Below are positions 31,942 to 32,000 of a DNA stretch of 32,000 nt, piece by piece; within the stretch, counting starts at the first letter, position 1; each line of letters begins with the position of its first letter. This DNA comes from Ferroglobus placidus DSM 10642 (GTDB lineage: Archaea > Halobacteriota > Archaeoglobi > Archaeoglobales > Archaeoglobaceae). A program made the translations under genes and the position numbers. The stretch covers positions 210,001-242,000 of the forward strand of contig NC_013849.1 of assembly GCF_000025505.1 (NCBI RefSeq), written 5' to 3'. The notes beneath the pieces are model-generated. The model saw only the letters and a program-made list of their open reading frames with translations, had not been told where the DNA came from and ran no database searches.

Positions 31942-32000
31942 ACATTTAAATTTCCAGCAGCATCTACTTGAAAAGATGAGTTTCAGTGCCAAAGAGCTGC

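Noticed and set aside
31976-32000. An ATG at 31976 that may start another gene at the window edge.
   Set aside because: Only 25 nt are visible, which is too little to support a feature call.

Overview
This is a gene-dense archaeal chromosomal window. Archaeal markers include TFE, archaeal-type DnaG, RNAP subunits Rpo11/L and Rpo4/F, L21e, the P0/P1 stalk, exosome Csl4 and an archaeal 7S SRP RNA. Moderate GC and a multiheme cytochrome suggest an Archaeoglobi-like organism (Ferroglobus, Geoglobus or Archaeoglobus type), but that is inference only.

Most of the window is housekeeping:
- thiE (partial), a PfkB kinase, NADH oxidase/CoADR, tfe, dnaG, gatB and an EamA transporter.
- An L1-P0-P1-methyltransferase-Csl4-RpoL operon, which converges on an L21e-RpoF-DUF655-KsgA-Mtq2-like operon.
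- An aspartate racemase placed divergently from archaeal D-aminoacyl-tRNA deacylase.

The clear accessory region is a ~2.7 kb element integrated into tRNA-Leu(CAG) at 15280-17962.
- It is flanked by exact 57-bp direct repeats.
- Its SSV-type tyrosine integrase gene is partitioned by the integration itself into Int(N) and Int(C). Int(C) also carries a frameshift.
- Its cargo is a lone HK97-gp10-like head-tail protein coupled to a Cys-rich ORF, plus a translationally coupled three-gene AbrB-like/DUF4258/DUF2283 toxin-antitoxin-like module. The AbrB-like gene is missing from the ORF track.

Other points of interest:
- An octaheme c-type cytochrome lipoprotein is followed by a GAF-PAS-PAS-GAF sensor with a His-less DHp-like tail and no kinase domain.
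- A tightly packed cluster runs dacZ, then an ArsA/Get3-like gene with an HSP20-like domain, then a small ORF, then a PrsW-like gene.
- A FlaI/FlaJ-like ATPase/platform pair has no pilin genes nearby and sits divergently from a CheY-like receiver.
- A CHASE4 histidine kinase is frameshifted.
- A structured leader precedes rpl1 and resembles an L1 autoregulatory site.
- A 30-bp palindrome lies in the cytochrome promoter region.

All protein family calls come from motif recognition by eye. No searches were run.
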